A stretch of DNA of 64,000 nucleotides from an uncultured Gemmatimonadota bacterium (GTDB taxonomy: Bacteria > JAAXHH01 > JABIQT01): positions 88,057 to 152,056 of the forward strand of contig CAYYIS010000005.1 of the NCBI GenBank assembly GCA_964470965.1, given 5' to 3'. Below are positions 29,801-37,533 of this stretch, piece after piece. Position 1 is the first letter of the stretch, and every line of letters begins with the position of its first letter. The notes below the pieces were generated by a model that saw only the letters and a list, made by a program, of their open reading frames with translations, was not told where the DNA came from and searched no databases. Position numbers and translations under genes: made by a program.

Positions 29801-32015
29801 CGCCTACCGTGTCGAAGTTGGCCACCACCGTGGTTCGCCGGTCCGTCCGCATGAGAAATCCGGCGCTTTTGTCTGATCGTTCCGTAAGCCTCGGAAAGAC
29901 CGCGAAGACCGGTGGTGCCAGATCCGCAATGCCGCGTGTGCGAAACGAATCTACAGCAGAGGTGAACGTCCGGCCGAAGGGATCTTCGGCGTGTATCTGG
30001 AAATAGTAGGTCGTAGCCCGGGACAGCCCGGAAAGAACCAGAGTATGGTTCTGAACACCCAGGGAGTCCGCTTCTTCTTCTACCGTTTCAGATAACGAAT
30101 CGCTTGCGGTGCCGTACGTCAAGACTGTGTTGGTCGCACCGCTAGTACGCCAGGCGATCGTGGCGTACGTGGTGTCCGGCTCCACAACCGGCCCCGCGAC
30201 GATGACCGCCTGGCGGGGCGCTGGAATGTCGTTTTGATTTATACCCACGATATCCGACAGATGAGTCACCGTGACAACCAATTCCTGTGAATCCGGATTG
30301 TATTGGGTAAATATGCCTTCCTGAGTAGGATGGCCGTCCTCTTCCAGGAACACCAGCGCCAGGTCGGAAGGATCGGCGCCGGAGAATCCCGAATTGTTGA
30401 GTAAGTCTGCTGAAGCGCCTGCCGGAAACTGGAAAATTAATGGTGAGCCATCCCGAAAATCGAAGCGGTCAAACATCACCCCGTCTTTCTCGATCCTGAG
30501 ATTGATGTGAAAGAACGTATCAATCGTGTCGCCTTCAACAACGATGGGTGTGCTCCTCGGTTTACTCTGGTCGGTCACATCGAGGTTCTTGATAGTGGCA
30601 TGCAACGTGACACCGTCCGCCTCATTTATGTTAACATCCGGGATATTGATGGCCATATTCGCGAGACCATCCATGAACGGTTGAACACGGTCACCGGTGA
30701 ATAGTCCATTGGCGCCGCCTGAGAAGCCGCTCAGATCTTTGGAACCAAACGTGTTGAGAATACCCAGGGGGATCGTACTGGTATCGATCGGTATCGTAAC
30801 AGCCACAGTCACAGAATCTCCAAGGAAAGGGATCCTCGCCGTAGCATCCAGAGACAGGATAACCCGAATTTCCCTTGGATCAAGCGTCTGGATCGGTTTG
30901 ATACGCCGGATACGGTGGTTGTTCGCATCGGCCACATAGATATTGCCGGCTGGACCGATGATCAGACCTGCAGGTCCATTCAAAGACGCCAGGGCACCGG
31001 GGCCATTGGCGAAATCGGCCAGACCGGAACCGGCGACAGTCGATACTTCGTTGTCTACCAGGTTGAGTTTACGGATTCTGTTGTCCTCATAATCCGAAAT
31101 CACCAGGTTGTTTCCGGAGATGTCGATACCGGCTGGTGCAGCGAAAAGTGCGTCTGTGGTTGCGCCGTCGGCAAAGCCGGAATCACTGCCGGCAATGGTA
31201 GTGACATCGTACGTGTTACGGTCAATTTTTTTGATCTTGTGGGCACCAGCATCGGTGAGGTACAGGTACCGCCCTTTAGAAGCCAGACTGATAGGATCCA
31301 TGAACTGCGCAGCCGTTCCAACGCCGTCGGTATCACCCTGTTGCATTCCGCCTGCTGCGGTTGTGACTTCCGTGGTTTCCAGGTTAATTTTCCTGATGCT
31401 GTAGTTGGAGGCGTCGGCGACGTACAGAGAGTCGTCTACAATCACCATACCCAACGGTTCATTAAATTGGGCATCTGCACCCGTGCCGTCAGCAGATCCA
31501 GCTACGCCAGAACCAGCCAGGGTAGTGACATTGGCTGTGTTCAGGTTGATTTTCCGGATTACATGCCCCGCTTCCTCGGACACGTACGCGTGGGCTCCCT
31601 GTATTTCGATAAACGCGGGCGTATTGAACGAAGCGGCTGTCCCGATACCGTCGATGGTCTCAGCCTGCCCGTCTCCCGCGAGGGTGGTAACCTCCCCCGT
31701 AATCAGGTTCACCGTACGGATCCGATGGTTTCCGCTATCCGCCACGTACAGATTATTACCGCGAACGGCAACGTCTGTCGGCTCGTCGAAGAGGGCGCTC
31801 AGCGGATCGTTGGAATCCCGATAATCCGGGTCGCCCGACCCCGCAAGAGTGGATACATCACCAGACGCCACATCCACCGACACCGGCAAGGCGGACCCGT
31901 ATGCACTGGATCCAACGTTCGCGGATTCGGTAACATTGCCTGGCTGGGCAGAAACCTTGGTCCCGGATATCGCCGCAAAATAGATCAAAAATCCAATTAC
32001 TACATACTTTTTCAT
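26829..32015 (-). CDS. Giant secreted cell-surface protein: NHL-repeat beta-propeller + multiple fibronectin-III-like domains + T9SS C-terminal sorting domain
   Basis: About 1728 aa counted from MKKYVVIGFLIYFAAISGTKVSA (signal peptide; AGGAGG RBS 8 nt upstream of the ATG at 32015). At least 6 NHL repeats (YVADSGNHRIR-type). Long Thr/Ser-rich FN3-like region. C-terminus LNQNAPNPFNPATTIRFDLP...VYNILGQ...GIYVYRIEAG...KMLLLK matches the Por-secretion tail (TIGR04183-like). Confidence 0.8.
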   Translation of the reverse strand: MKKYVVIGFLIYFAAISGTKVSAQPGNVTESANVGSSAYGSALPVSVDVASGDVSTLAGSGDPDYRDSNDPLSALFDEPTDVAVRGNNLYVADSGNHRIRTVNLITGEVTTLAGDGQAETIDGIGTAASFNTPAFIEIQGAHAYVSEEAGHVIRKINLNTANVTTLAGSGVAGSADGTGADAQFNEPLGMVIVDDSLYVADASNYSIRKINLETTEVTTAAGGMQQGDTDGVGTAAQFMDPISLASKGRYLYLTDAGAHKIKKIDRNTYDVTTIAGSDSGFADGATTDALFAAPAGIDISGNNLVISDYEDNRIRKLNLVDNEVSTVAGSGLADFANGPGALASLNGPAGLIIGPAGNIYVADANNHRIRRIKPIQTLDPREIRVILSLDATARIPFLGDSVTVAVTIPIDTSTIPLGILNTFGSKDLSGFSGGANGLFTGDRVQPFMDGLANMAINIPDVNINEADGVTLHATIKNLDVTDQSKPRSTPIVVEGDTIDTFFHINLRIEKDGVMFDRFDFRDGSPLIFQFPAGASADLLNNSGFSGADPSDLALVFLEEDGHPTQEGIFTQYNPDSQELVVTVTHLSDIVGINQNDIPAPRQAVIVAGPVVEPDTTYATIAWRTSGATNTVLTYGTASDSLSETVEEEADSLGVQNHTLVLSGLSRATTYYFQIHAEDPFGRTFTSAVDSFRTRGIADLAPPVFAVFPRLTERSDKSAGFLMRTDRRTTVVANFDTVGAGTLTQLVEDNKKKKSHFITLSGLIAGKRYQVVFSATGSQTVSSDTISFLTRATIDTLPPVFRVRKVDDFATTDTTALISIVSSFPVQLEAFYWEADSTDTLSETVSDPSTSPTAILTNLKPETRYSYFVKATRSNGQSAVSRTGWFRTKQSGRVAPLRFTRAPSVGYKSDERVVFRWRTNIPSNGFAYFQLDSTGTGTFNLDDAFVRGSDDFTKNHRVVLPGLIAGGQYLVVITSQAPDGRFLIWPPETQFSTAKPVVSGGKLFITGIVQVPGSNGRFTTNTQPDTQAPIILNGPSLVAQTDNQLVIQWETDELSTSQVDFGIGGNLNESTTSSDQVTLHQLTLSNLTPNTSYDFTVSSIDPSNNGPTTSAQAVGLTVASADATPPVIDDASISSAPSDDRAIIAWTTDEGADSDVQFGTNADSLITTASDLAIVTDHQVTLTGLSASTQYFYKVSSTDVTDNGPSTSGTFTFTTSATPDVATPAVSDVATSTSTQPDSTATVTFTWATDKLASSFVDYDTLSDLSTQVTTGTQTGATSHSVTLTGLELGRTYYFQVGSENVLDQSVPRPQAKSDLDSVTTPADVDLTEPAPPATATAVPGSGAVLLRWDASTDASGIMGYNITRNSTTIATNVTEVELLDPTATNDTTYTYTVTAIDNAGNVGTSATSTSAVTPGTSQVATAPTATTPATGDTVSLKPVLVVANATAVSGDPSRATLTYTFQVATDAGFTSVIASREGVDEGTTGNPTNWQVLDLGQPDSTALSDGVTYYWRSTASDGSFAGEWSAGQSFVASAATPTSVTLATMAAESDRGVVIVTWSIGTPDPALSGFHVLRSLNRDGGFERLTDELITGNDMFEFQDGAVQVNQRYFYMIESVSALGEMRRFGPISLRVGAPSTFALNQNAPNPFNPATTIRFDLPNPTKVSLIVYNILGQEVVRLLNDEAMAAGFHEVSWNGMSQRGGATASGIYVYRIEAGEFSKARKMLLLK

Positions 32016-32458
32016 ACCGTCCTCCTGAGAATGAGCACCGTTCTCTTTTAACTGGTAGGATGTACCTGGGTACACCCTACGCCCAAGTCAGATACAGAGT
32101 CGGTTTTTATAACAAATTGCTTTTTGTGCAAAATCTCCAAATTTCTCCATTACACCACCGGCCGCCGGATTTACATGGTAAACGACGGTAAAGAATATTG
32201 GGGGGCGTTATTTTTCTGGCTTTGACATAAATATAACCAGACACTACCTCTGTCAACGGGTGATTTAATTCCATTCTCAATAGAATACGAAAGAAAGCTC
32301 CTTCCATAGGTCCGACACGAATTCATCTGTAGGTAAATTACGAATTACAGCGATTGCCCAAAATGATCGGCATCACACGACCCCAGGTTATTTCGAGGGA
32401 CAATTCGTGTGAAACAGGTATGCCGAAAAAAATCACGCCTTTTTTGATGTATTCTTTC

Positions 32459-32486
32459 TTGACTTCTATGTACTTTGAATTAATAT
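32459..32486 (+). promoter_or_regulatory. Sigma70-like promoter of the molybdoenzyme operon (TTGACT-16 nt-TAATAT)
   Basis: TTGACT at 32459-32464 and TAATAT at 32481-32486, followed immediately by the repeat array. Confidence 0.45.
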
Positions 32487-32566
32487 AGGGCGTACCATAG
32501 GGCGTACCTTTCGAGCAAGGAACCGGCGTCGGGCGTATGGTCGAGCTTTCTCACGGGCGTACGCCC
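32485..32566 (+). repeat. Array of four GGGCGTAC-containing repeats (putative operator)
   Basis: Tandem ATAGGGCGTACC ×2 at 32485-32508. GGGCGTAT at 32531-32538. Perfect palindrome GGGCGTACGCCC at 32555-32566. All lie between the -10 element and the start codon. Confidence 0.5.
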
Positions 32567-32686
32567 CTCCGTTAGAAAAACACAAAGATACAGGGTAGGC
32601 TGGATCTCCTGATCGGCGGGCACCTGTTCATGGTTCCGGTACACGGCTCAGCGACCAGCCCAACCCCAACAAAGGAGAAGACTCTC

Positions 32687-33562
32687 TTGCAAGCACTTGA
32701 GTATGCTACACCGCAAAGTGTATCCGACGCGGTGGGACTGCTGAATGAAAACGGCGTCAACGCCCTTGTCTTGGCCGGCGGAACCGACGTCATCGTACAG
32801 GTTCGAGAAGGCCGCAGGCCTGCCGATCTGGTGGTCGATATCAAACATATACCGGATGTCAACGAACTCTCGTATCATCCGTCGGACGGACTGCACATCG
32901 GCGCGGCCGTACCCTGTTATCGAATTTACGGAGATGAAGCGATCGCAAAGGCGTATTCCGGATTGGTAGATTCGGCCTCACTGATCGGAGGTACGGCCAT
33001 CCAGGGCCGTGCGTCCCTGGGCGGCAACCTTTGCAACGCTTCCCCCGCTGCAGATTCCATCCCGGCGTTGATTGCCTACGGCGCCGTATGCACCATAGCC
33101 GGACCAAACGGCTCTAGGCAGGTAGCGGTGGAAGATTTCTGCACCGGTCCGGGAAGAACCGTTCTGGGGAAGGGCGAATTCCTCGTTTCGTTTGACATTC
33201 CAGCGCCGGAAGCCAATGCAGGCTGTTATTATTTGAGGTTCATACCCCGTAATGAAATGGACATCGCGGTTGTCGGGGTTGGAGCGAAAGTGGTGCTAAG
33301 CGATGACCATTGCCGGTTCCAATCAGCCCGGATCGCAGTCGGCGCGGTGGCGCCGACCCCTCTGTTCGTACGGGAAGCCGGCGACGGGCTGGCTGGAAAA
33401 GCGGTATCCGCCGAAGTGATTCAGGAGGCGAGTGAACTCGCACGGGGTGCGGCGCGGCCGATCAGTGATATGCGCGGCACAGCGGAATACCGGACCCATC
33501 TCACCGGTGTATTGACCAAACGCGCCATCCAGGGCGCCGTGCAAAGAGCGAAGGAGTCTTAA
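32687..33562 (+). CDS. Xanthine dehydrogenase family molybdoenzyme, FAD-binding (medium) subunit (CoxM/XdhA-like)
   Basis: FAD-binding domain LAGGTDVIVQ. CO-dehydrogenase-flavoprotein C-terminal domain. Start set at in-frame TTG 32687 with AAGGAG 9 nt upstream; the ORF-track ATG 32630 adds 19 non-conserved residues. Confidence 0.8.
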   Translation: MQALEYATPQSVSDAVGLLNENGVNALVLAGGTDVIVQVREGRRPADLVVDIKHIPDVNELSYHPSDGLHIGAAVPCYRIYGDEAIAKAYSGLVDSASLIGGTAIQGRASLGGNLCNASPAADSIPALIAYGAVCTIAGPNGSRQVAVEDFCTGPGRTVLGKGEFLVSFDIPAPEANAGCYYLRFIPRNEMDIAVVGVGAKVVLSDDHCRFQSARIAVGAVAPTPLFVREAGDGLAGKAVSAEVIQEASELARGAARPISDMRGTAEYRTHLTGVLTKRAIQGAVQRAKES

Positions 33563-33565
33563 TCG

Positions 33566-34042
33566 ATGCCCAGTAAAGTACATGTACAGGCCACGATCAA
33601 CAGCGAAGAGGTGGAGTTCCTCTGTGAAACACGCCAGAGCCTGCTGGAAGTCCTGCGGGACGTGCTTGGATTTACCGGTTCCAAAGAAGGCTGCAACAAC
33701 GGAAACTGCGGAGCCTGCAGTGTCATACTCGATGGACGTCTGGTAAATTCATGCCTGGTGTTCGGTTTTGAAGTCCAGGGATGTGATATCCAGACCATAG
33801 AAGGCATCGGTTCACCCGAAGATTTGCATCCGCTTCAGCAGCAGTTCCTCGAGCATGCGGCGCTGCAGTGCGGTATCTGCACGCCCGGGTTCATCGTGGC
33901 TGCGAAAGCGCTGCTGGACCGGAATCCGGATCCGACCGAAGCCGAGGTACGCAACTGGCTGGCTGGCAACCTGTGCCGCTGCACAGGCTACGACAAAATC
34001 GTCCGCGCGGTTGTGGATGCGGCAAAGGTATCTCAGACTTAA
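33566..34042 (+). CDS. Xanthine dehydrogenase family (2Fe-2S)-binding small subunit (CoxS-like)
   Basis: 158 aa. Plant-type ferredoxin Cys cluster CNNGNCGACS and second cluster CGICTPG...CRCTGY. Confidence 0.85.
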   Translation: MPSKVHVQATINSEEVEFLCETRQSLLEVLRDVLGFTGSKEGCNNGNCGACSVILDGRLVNSCLVFGFEVQGCDIQTIEGIGSPEDLHPLQQQFLEHAALQCGICTPGFIVAAKALLDRNPDPTEAEVRNWLAGNLCRCTGYDKIVRAVVDAAKVSQT

Positions 34043-34063
34043 CACAAGAAGAGGAGAGACAAC

Positions 34064-36337
34064 GTGTCTACGAACGGATACAAAGTCATAGGGACGCGAC
34101 CGATCCGCCACGACGGAGTCGATAAGGTGACCGGCCGTGCCCTGTACGGCGCGGACATCCGGCTAACCGGTATGCTGCACGGTAAAATCCTGCGCAGTCC
34201 CCACGCCCACGCCCGTATAAAGAATATCGATACAAGCAAGGCCGAGGCGTTGCCCGGTGTAAAAGCAGTTGCTACGGCTGCGGACCTTCCACAGGTCGCC
34301 GACAAAATCGCCGATCTGGGCGAGGCCATTGTGAACCTGCGTGACGCAAGCAATAACGTACTGGCCTACGGAAAAGTTCTGTACAAAGGCCATGCAGTCG
34401 CAGGCGTAGCCGCCACGAATCCCCACATCGCTGAAGAAGCGCTTGGACTGATAGACGTATCATATGAAGTGCTGCCCCATGTCACCGGGGTGCGCGAAGC
34501 CATGAAGGACGATGCGCCGATCCTGCATGAAGATATGAAGATGACCGAAATGGGTGAAGAAACCGATAAAATCAGTAATATCGCCAGCCATTTCCAGCAC
34601 AAACAGGGGGATCCCGAAAAGGGATTTTCCGAGGCGGATGTGGTGATAGAACGTGAATTCGACACGGCGACGGTCCATCAGGGTTATATCGAACCTCACA
34701 ATGCGACCGCCGTGTGGAATGAAGAAGGCCACCTGACTATTTATACAAGTACGCAGGGTGCATTCGCGGTCCGCGATCAGCTCGTCGAAATTCTTCAGAT
34801 TCCCGTATCAAAAGTCAAAATTGTCCCCATGGAAATAGGCGGCGGTTTCGGTGGGAAGATTTCGGTCTACACCGATCCGGTGGCTGCAGTCCTGTCCAAA
34901 AAATCCGGTCATCCCGTCAAGACGACCATGGACCGAGACGAGGTGTTCGAAGGCACAGGACCAACGCCGGGTTCCTATCTCAAGATTAAAATGGGCGCTA
35001 CAAACGACGGACGCATCATCGCGGCGACCGCTTACATGGCTTATGAGGCCGGCGCCTATCCTGGCTCCCCGGTCGGCGCCGGCGCCGGTTGTATTCTGAC
35101 GCCCTACAACATCCCGAATGTGCAGATTGACGGTTATGACGTGTGCGTCAACAAACCCAAGACAAACGCGTACCGGGCACCGGGCGCTACGAATGCGGCG
35201 TTCGGTTCCGAGACGGTGGTGGATGAACTGGCGGAAACGATCGGCATGGATCCGTTGGAATTTCGTATCAAGAACGGCGTCAATGAAGGTCACCGCCGGC
35301 CCGATGGCCCCGAACATCCGAGGATCGGTTGCATCGAAACCACGGAAGCGGCGAAGCAGTCCAGTCACTACGCGTCGACACTTGAACCGTCTACCGACGG
35401 CAAGCTGCGTGGTCGTGGCGTTGCCTCCGGATACTGGTTCAACTTCAACGGTGGCCGGTCTGCTATCTCCGTCAGCGTCAACGATGATGGCACCATCAAT
35501 ATGATGGAGGGATCAACCGACATCGGCGGCAGCCGCGCCTCTATCGCCATGCAGCTCGCGGAGACGGTCGGTATGACCGCACAAGACATCAACCCACGCG
35601 TGGTCGACACCGATGCCATCGGCTATACGGATGTGACCGGCGGGAGCCGCACCACGTTCGGTACAGGCATTGCGGCCCATGCCACCGGCCAGGCCTTGAT
35701 CCGCGAAATGAAGGAGAGGGCATCACAGATCTGGGACGTGTCGGCGGACGCTATCGAATTCAAGGACGGGGTGTTCTCCTATAAGGATGATGACGAGAAA
35801 CGCGGTACCTTCAAGGAACTGGCCGGAAAAATCGGCGGGACCGGCGGGCCGCTTGTGGCCCAGGTGAGCACCAATCCGGACGGCTCCGGCGGCGGAGCGT
35901 TTGCCACTCACATCGTCGATGTGGAAGTGGATCCGGACACCGGCAAGGTGGATATCCTACGTTACACCGCAGTTCAGGATGTAGGCACAGCTATCCATCC
36001 GAGCTATGTGGAAGGACAGATGCAGGGCGGTGTGGTACAGGGTATTGGCTGGGCTTTGAACGAGGAGTATATCTACAACGATAACGGCGAGATGACCAAC
36101 GCCAGCTTCCTCGACTACCGCATGCCCACGACCCTCGATCTTCCCATGATCGAAACGATCATGGTGGAAGTACCCAACGTCAGCCATCCCTACGGTGTCC
36201 GTGGCGTCGGAGAAGTGCCTATCGTGCCGCCACCCGCGGCTATCGCCAATGCGATCTACCAGGCGACGGGAGTCCGCATGGTCGATCTGCCAATGTCACC
36301 GCCCCGCTTAACCGCGGAGATGGCGAACAAGGGGTAG
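34064..36337 (+). CDS. Xanthine dehydrogenase family molybdopterin-binding large subunit (substrate unknown; not form-I CODH)
   Basis: 757 aa. Aldehyde-oxidase/XDH a/b-hammerhead and Mo-binding domains. The active-site loop reads AYRAPGA rather than the AYxCSFR loop of CO dehydrogenase. Confidence 0.8.
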   Translation: MSTNGYKVIGTRPIRHDGVDKVTGRALYGADIRLTGMLHGKILRSPHAHARIKNIDTSKAEALPGVKAVATAADLPQVADKIADLGEAIVNLRDASNNVLAYGKVLYKGHAVAGVAATNPHIAEEALGLIDVSYEVLPHVTGVREAMKDDAPILHEDMKMTEMGEETDKISNIASHFQHKQGDPEKGFSEADVVIEREFDTATVHQGYIEPHNATAVWNEEGHLTIYTSTQGAFAVRDQLVEILQIPVSKVKIVPMEIGGGFGGKISVYTDPVAAVLSKKSGHPVKTTMDRDEVFEGTGPTPGSYLKIKMGATNDGRIIAATAYMAYEAGAYPGSPVGAGAGCILTPYNIPNVQIDGYDVCVNKPKTNAYRAPGATNAAFGSETVVDELAETIGMDPLEFRIKNGVNEGHRRPDGPEHPRIGCIETTEAAKQSSHYASTLEPSTDGKLRGRGVASGYWFNFNGGRSAISVSVNDDGTINMMEGSTDIGGSRASIAMQLAETVGMTAQDINPRVVDTDAIGYTDVTGGSRTTFGTGIAAHATGQALIREMKERASQIWDVSADAIEFKDGVFSYKDDDEKRGTFKELAGKIGGTGGPLVAQVSTNPDGSGGGAFATHIVDVEVDPDTGKVDILRYTAVQDVGTAIHPSYVEGQMQGGVVQGIGWALNEEYIYNDNGEMTNASFLDYRMPTTLDLPMIETIMVEVPNVSHPYGVRGVGEVPIVPPPAAIANAIYQATGVRMVDLPMSPPRLTAEMANKG

Positions 36338-36340
36338 GGT

Positions 36341-36610
36341 ATGCCCACCGTATGGATTCCATCCCTGATGCGCAATCTGACGGACGGGGTTGAGAAGATA
36401 AAACTCGACGCCGTATCGGTGGGTCAGATAGTGACGCAACTGGACGAGAAGTACCCGGGATTCAGAAAACGGATATGTGACGAACAGGAAGATCGCATCC
36501 GGCCAAACATCGCGATAATGGTCGACGGGCGTAACGTAAAAATGGGACTGCAGGAAAAGGTGGACCAAAACAGTGAGGTGCACTTCCTGCCAGCAATCAA
36601 GGGAGGGTAG
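36341..36610 (+). CDS. MoaD/ThiS-family ubiquitin-like sulfur-carrier protein (C-terminal Gly-Gly)
   Basis: 89 aa. Beta-grasp pattern and diagnostic C-terminus ...HFLPAIKGG followed by stop. Starts 4 nt after the large-subunit stop. Confidence 0.7.
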   Translation: MPTVWIPSLMRNLTDGVEKIKLDAVSVGQIVTQLDEKYPGFRKRICDEQEDRIRPNIAIMVDGRNVKMGLQEKVDQNSEVHFLPAIKGG

Positions 36611-36628
36611 GTTCCTCGCTTGTAAATG

Positions 36629-36669
36629 AAAGGCCGTTCCATATGACAATGGGACGGCCTTTTTATTTT
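36629..36669 (+). terminator. Rho-independent terminator of the molybdoenzyme-moaD operon
   Basis: 12-bp stem (AGGCCGTTCCAT / ATGGGACGGCCT, one G·U) with 6-nt loop, followed by TTTTTATTTT. Confidence 0.7.
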
Positions 36670-36927
36670 GGTGTATCCCGGTTCTATGTCAGTTTGTTCC
36701 GCACATTCCCAATCAGGATGCCGCTTTCAACATCGGCGGTGATCAACTCAATTAGATCCGCCCGGGCACTCCGACCTTCCCGGAAAACTGTTCCGGGAGC
36801 AAAAACGTTTTCAGCAGGAGTTTTTACTCCCTTGGATTGAACGAATTGGTTATTGGGTGTCCTTCTCTGCCGATGACTGACGAAGTGTCGATTGGGAATT
36901 ATCCAGGCGCCTGAAAAGACTCAGACG

Positions 36928-37512
36928 TTACACGTGTATCCGTTCGAGGATGGAATGCAGACGTTCGTAATCGTCTTTGAGCAGACGGGCGACCTCTTTG
37001 CCAGCCCGAACCAGATAGTTTCCGTTTTCACCACGAGCCAGATAGGCATTGCGGATGGCTGCAATGGTGAGCTCATCGGACGGGACCCTGGTCTGGTTAA
37101 AAATTGGGCGGAGGTAATGGGATCGGTCCGTGAAACTCGCAATCTCTTCCGCGGAACAGAAATGCACAAAGCTGTGGATTTTGGGCGGTTGAGGCGGCAG
37201 GGACTGGTAAATACCCGTGTCATCTTTGTAGCCGATGATTAGCGAGGTGAATTCTGTGCGTAAAAGTTCAAATATCTGAGGCTGTTCGAGGCGCAGTTCG
37301 TCCTCTGTCTTCCCGTACGCCGTGGGCCTCCGATTCGGCTCCATGCTCTGAGTGGCCACGCTGTATACGATCGCATAGACAATCGGATAGCTGTCTATCT
37401 TGACATAGGCCCCGAAGGGAGGCGCGCCGTGTAGCACGCGGCTCTCTGCCGTGAACTCAATCGTGTTACTCTCAATTACCTCTCCCACATGCGGTTGGCC
37501 CTGCTCAGCCAT
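36928..37512 (-). CDS. HerA N-terminal (HAS-barrel)-like protein lacking the ATPase domain; degenerate P-loop
   Basis: 194 aa. N-terminus VGEVIESNTIEFTAESRVLHGAPPFGAYVKIDSYPIVYAIVYSV follows the HerA HAS-barrel pattern ([IV]G.VI...T.E...ER.V..G.YV...V.AL[IV]). P.QPP...A.EE block matches the HerA PDIPPF...EDEE strand. ELTIAAIRNAYLARGENG sits where the HerA Walker A (AILAATGSGKS) would be, and the protein ends about 70 aa later. Recalled from memory of HerA; needs HMM confirmation. Confidence 0.45.
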   Translation of the reverse strand: MAEQGQPHVGEVIESNTIEFTAESRVLHGAPPFGAYVKIDSYPIVYAIVYSVATQSMEPNRRPTAYGKTEDELRLEQPQIFELLRTEFTSLIIGYKDDTGIYQSLPPQPPKIHSFVHFCSAEEIASFTDRSHYLRPIFNQTRVPSDELTIAAIRNAYLARGENGNYLVRAGKEVARLLKDDYERLHSILERIHV

Positions 37513-37533
37513 TACTATCCTCCGTCATTTCCA

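Noticed and set aside
34064-36337. Possibility that the Mo large subunit is an aerobic CO dehydrogenase (CoxL)
   Set aside because: The active-site loop reads AYRAPGA rather than the form-I AYxCSFR motif. I therefore call it a generic XDH-family enzyme of unknown substrate.
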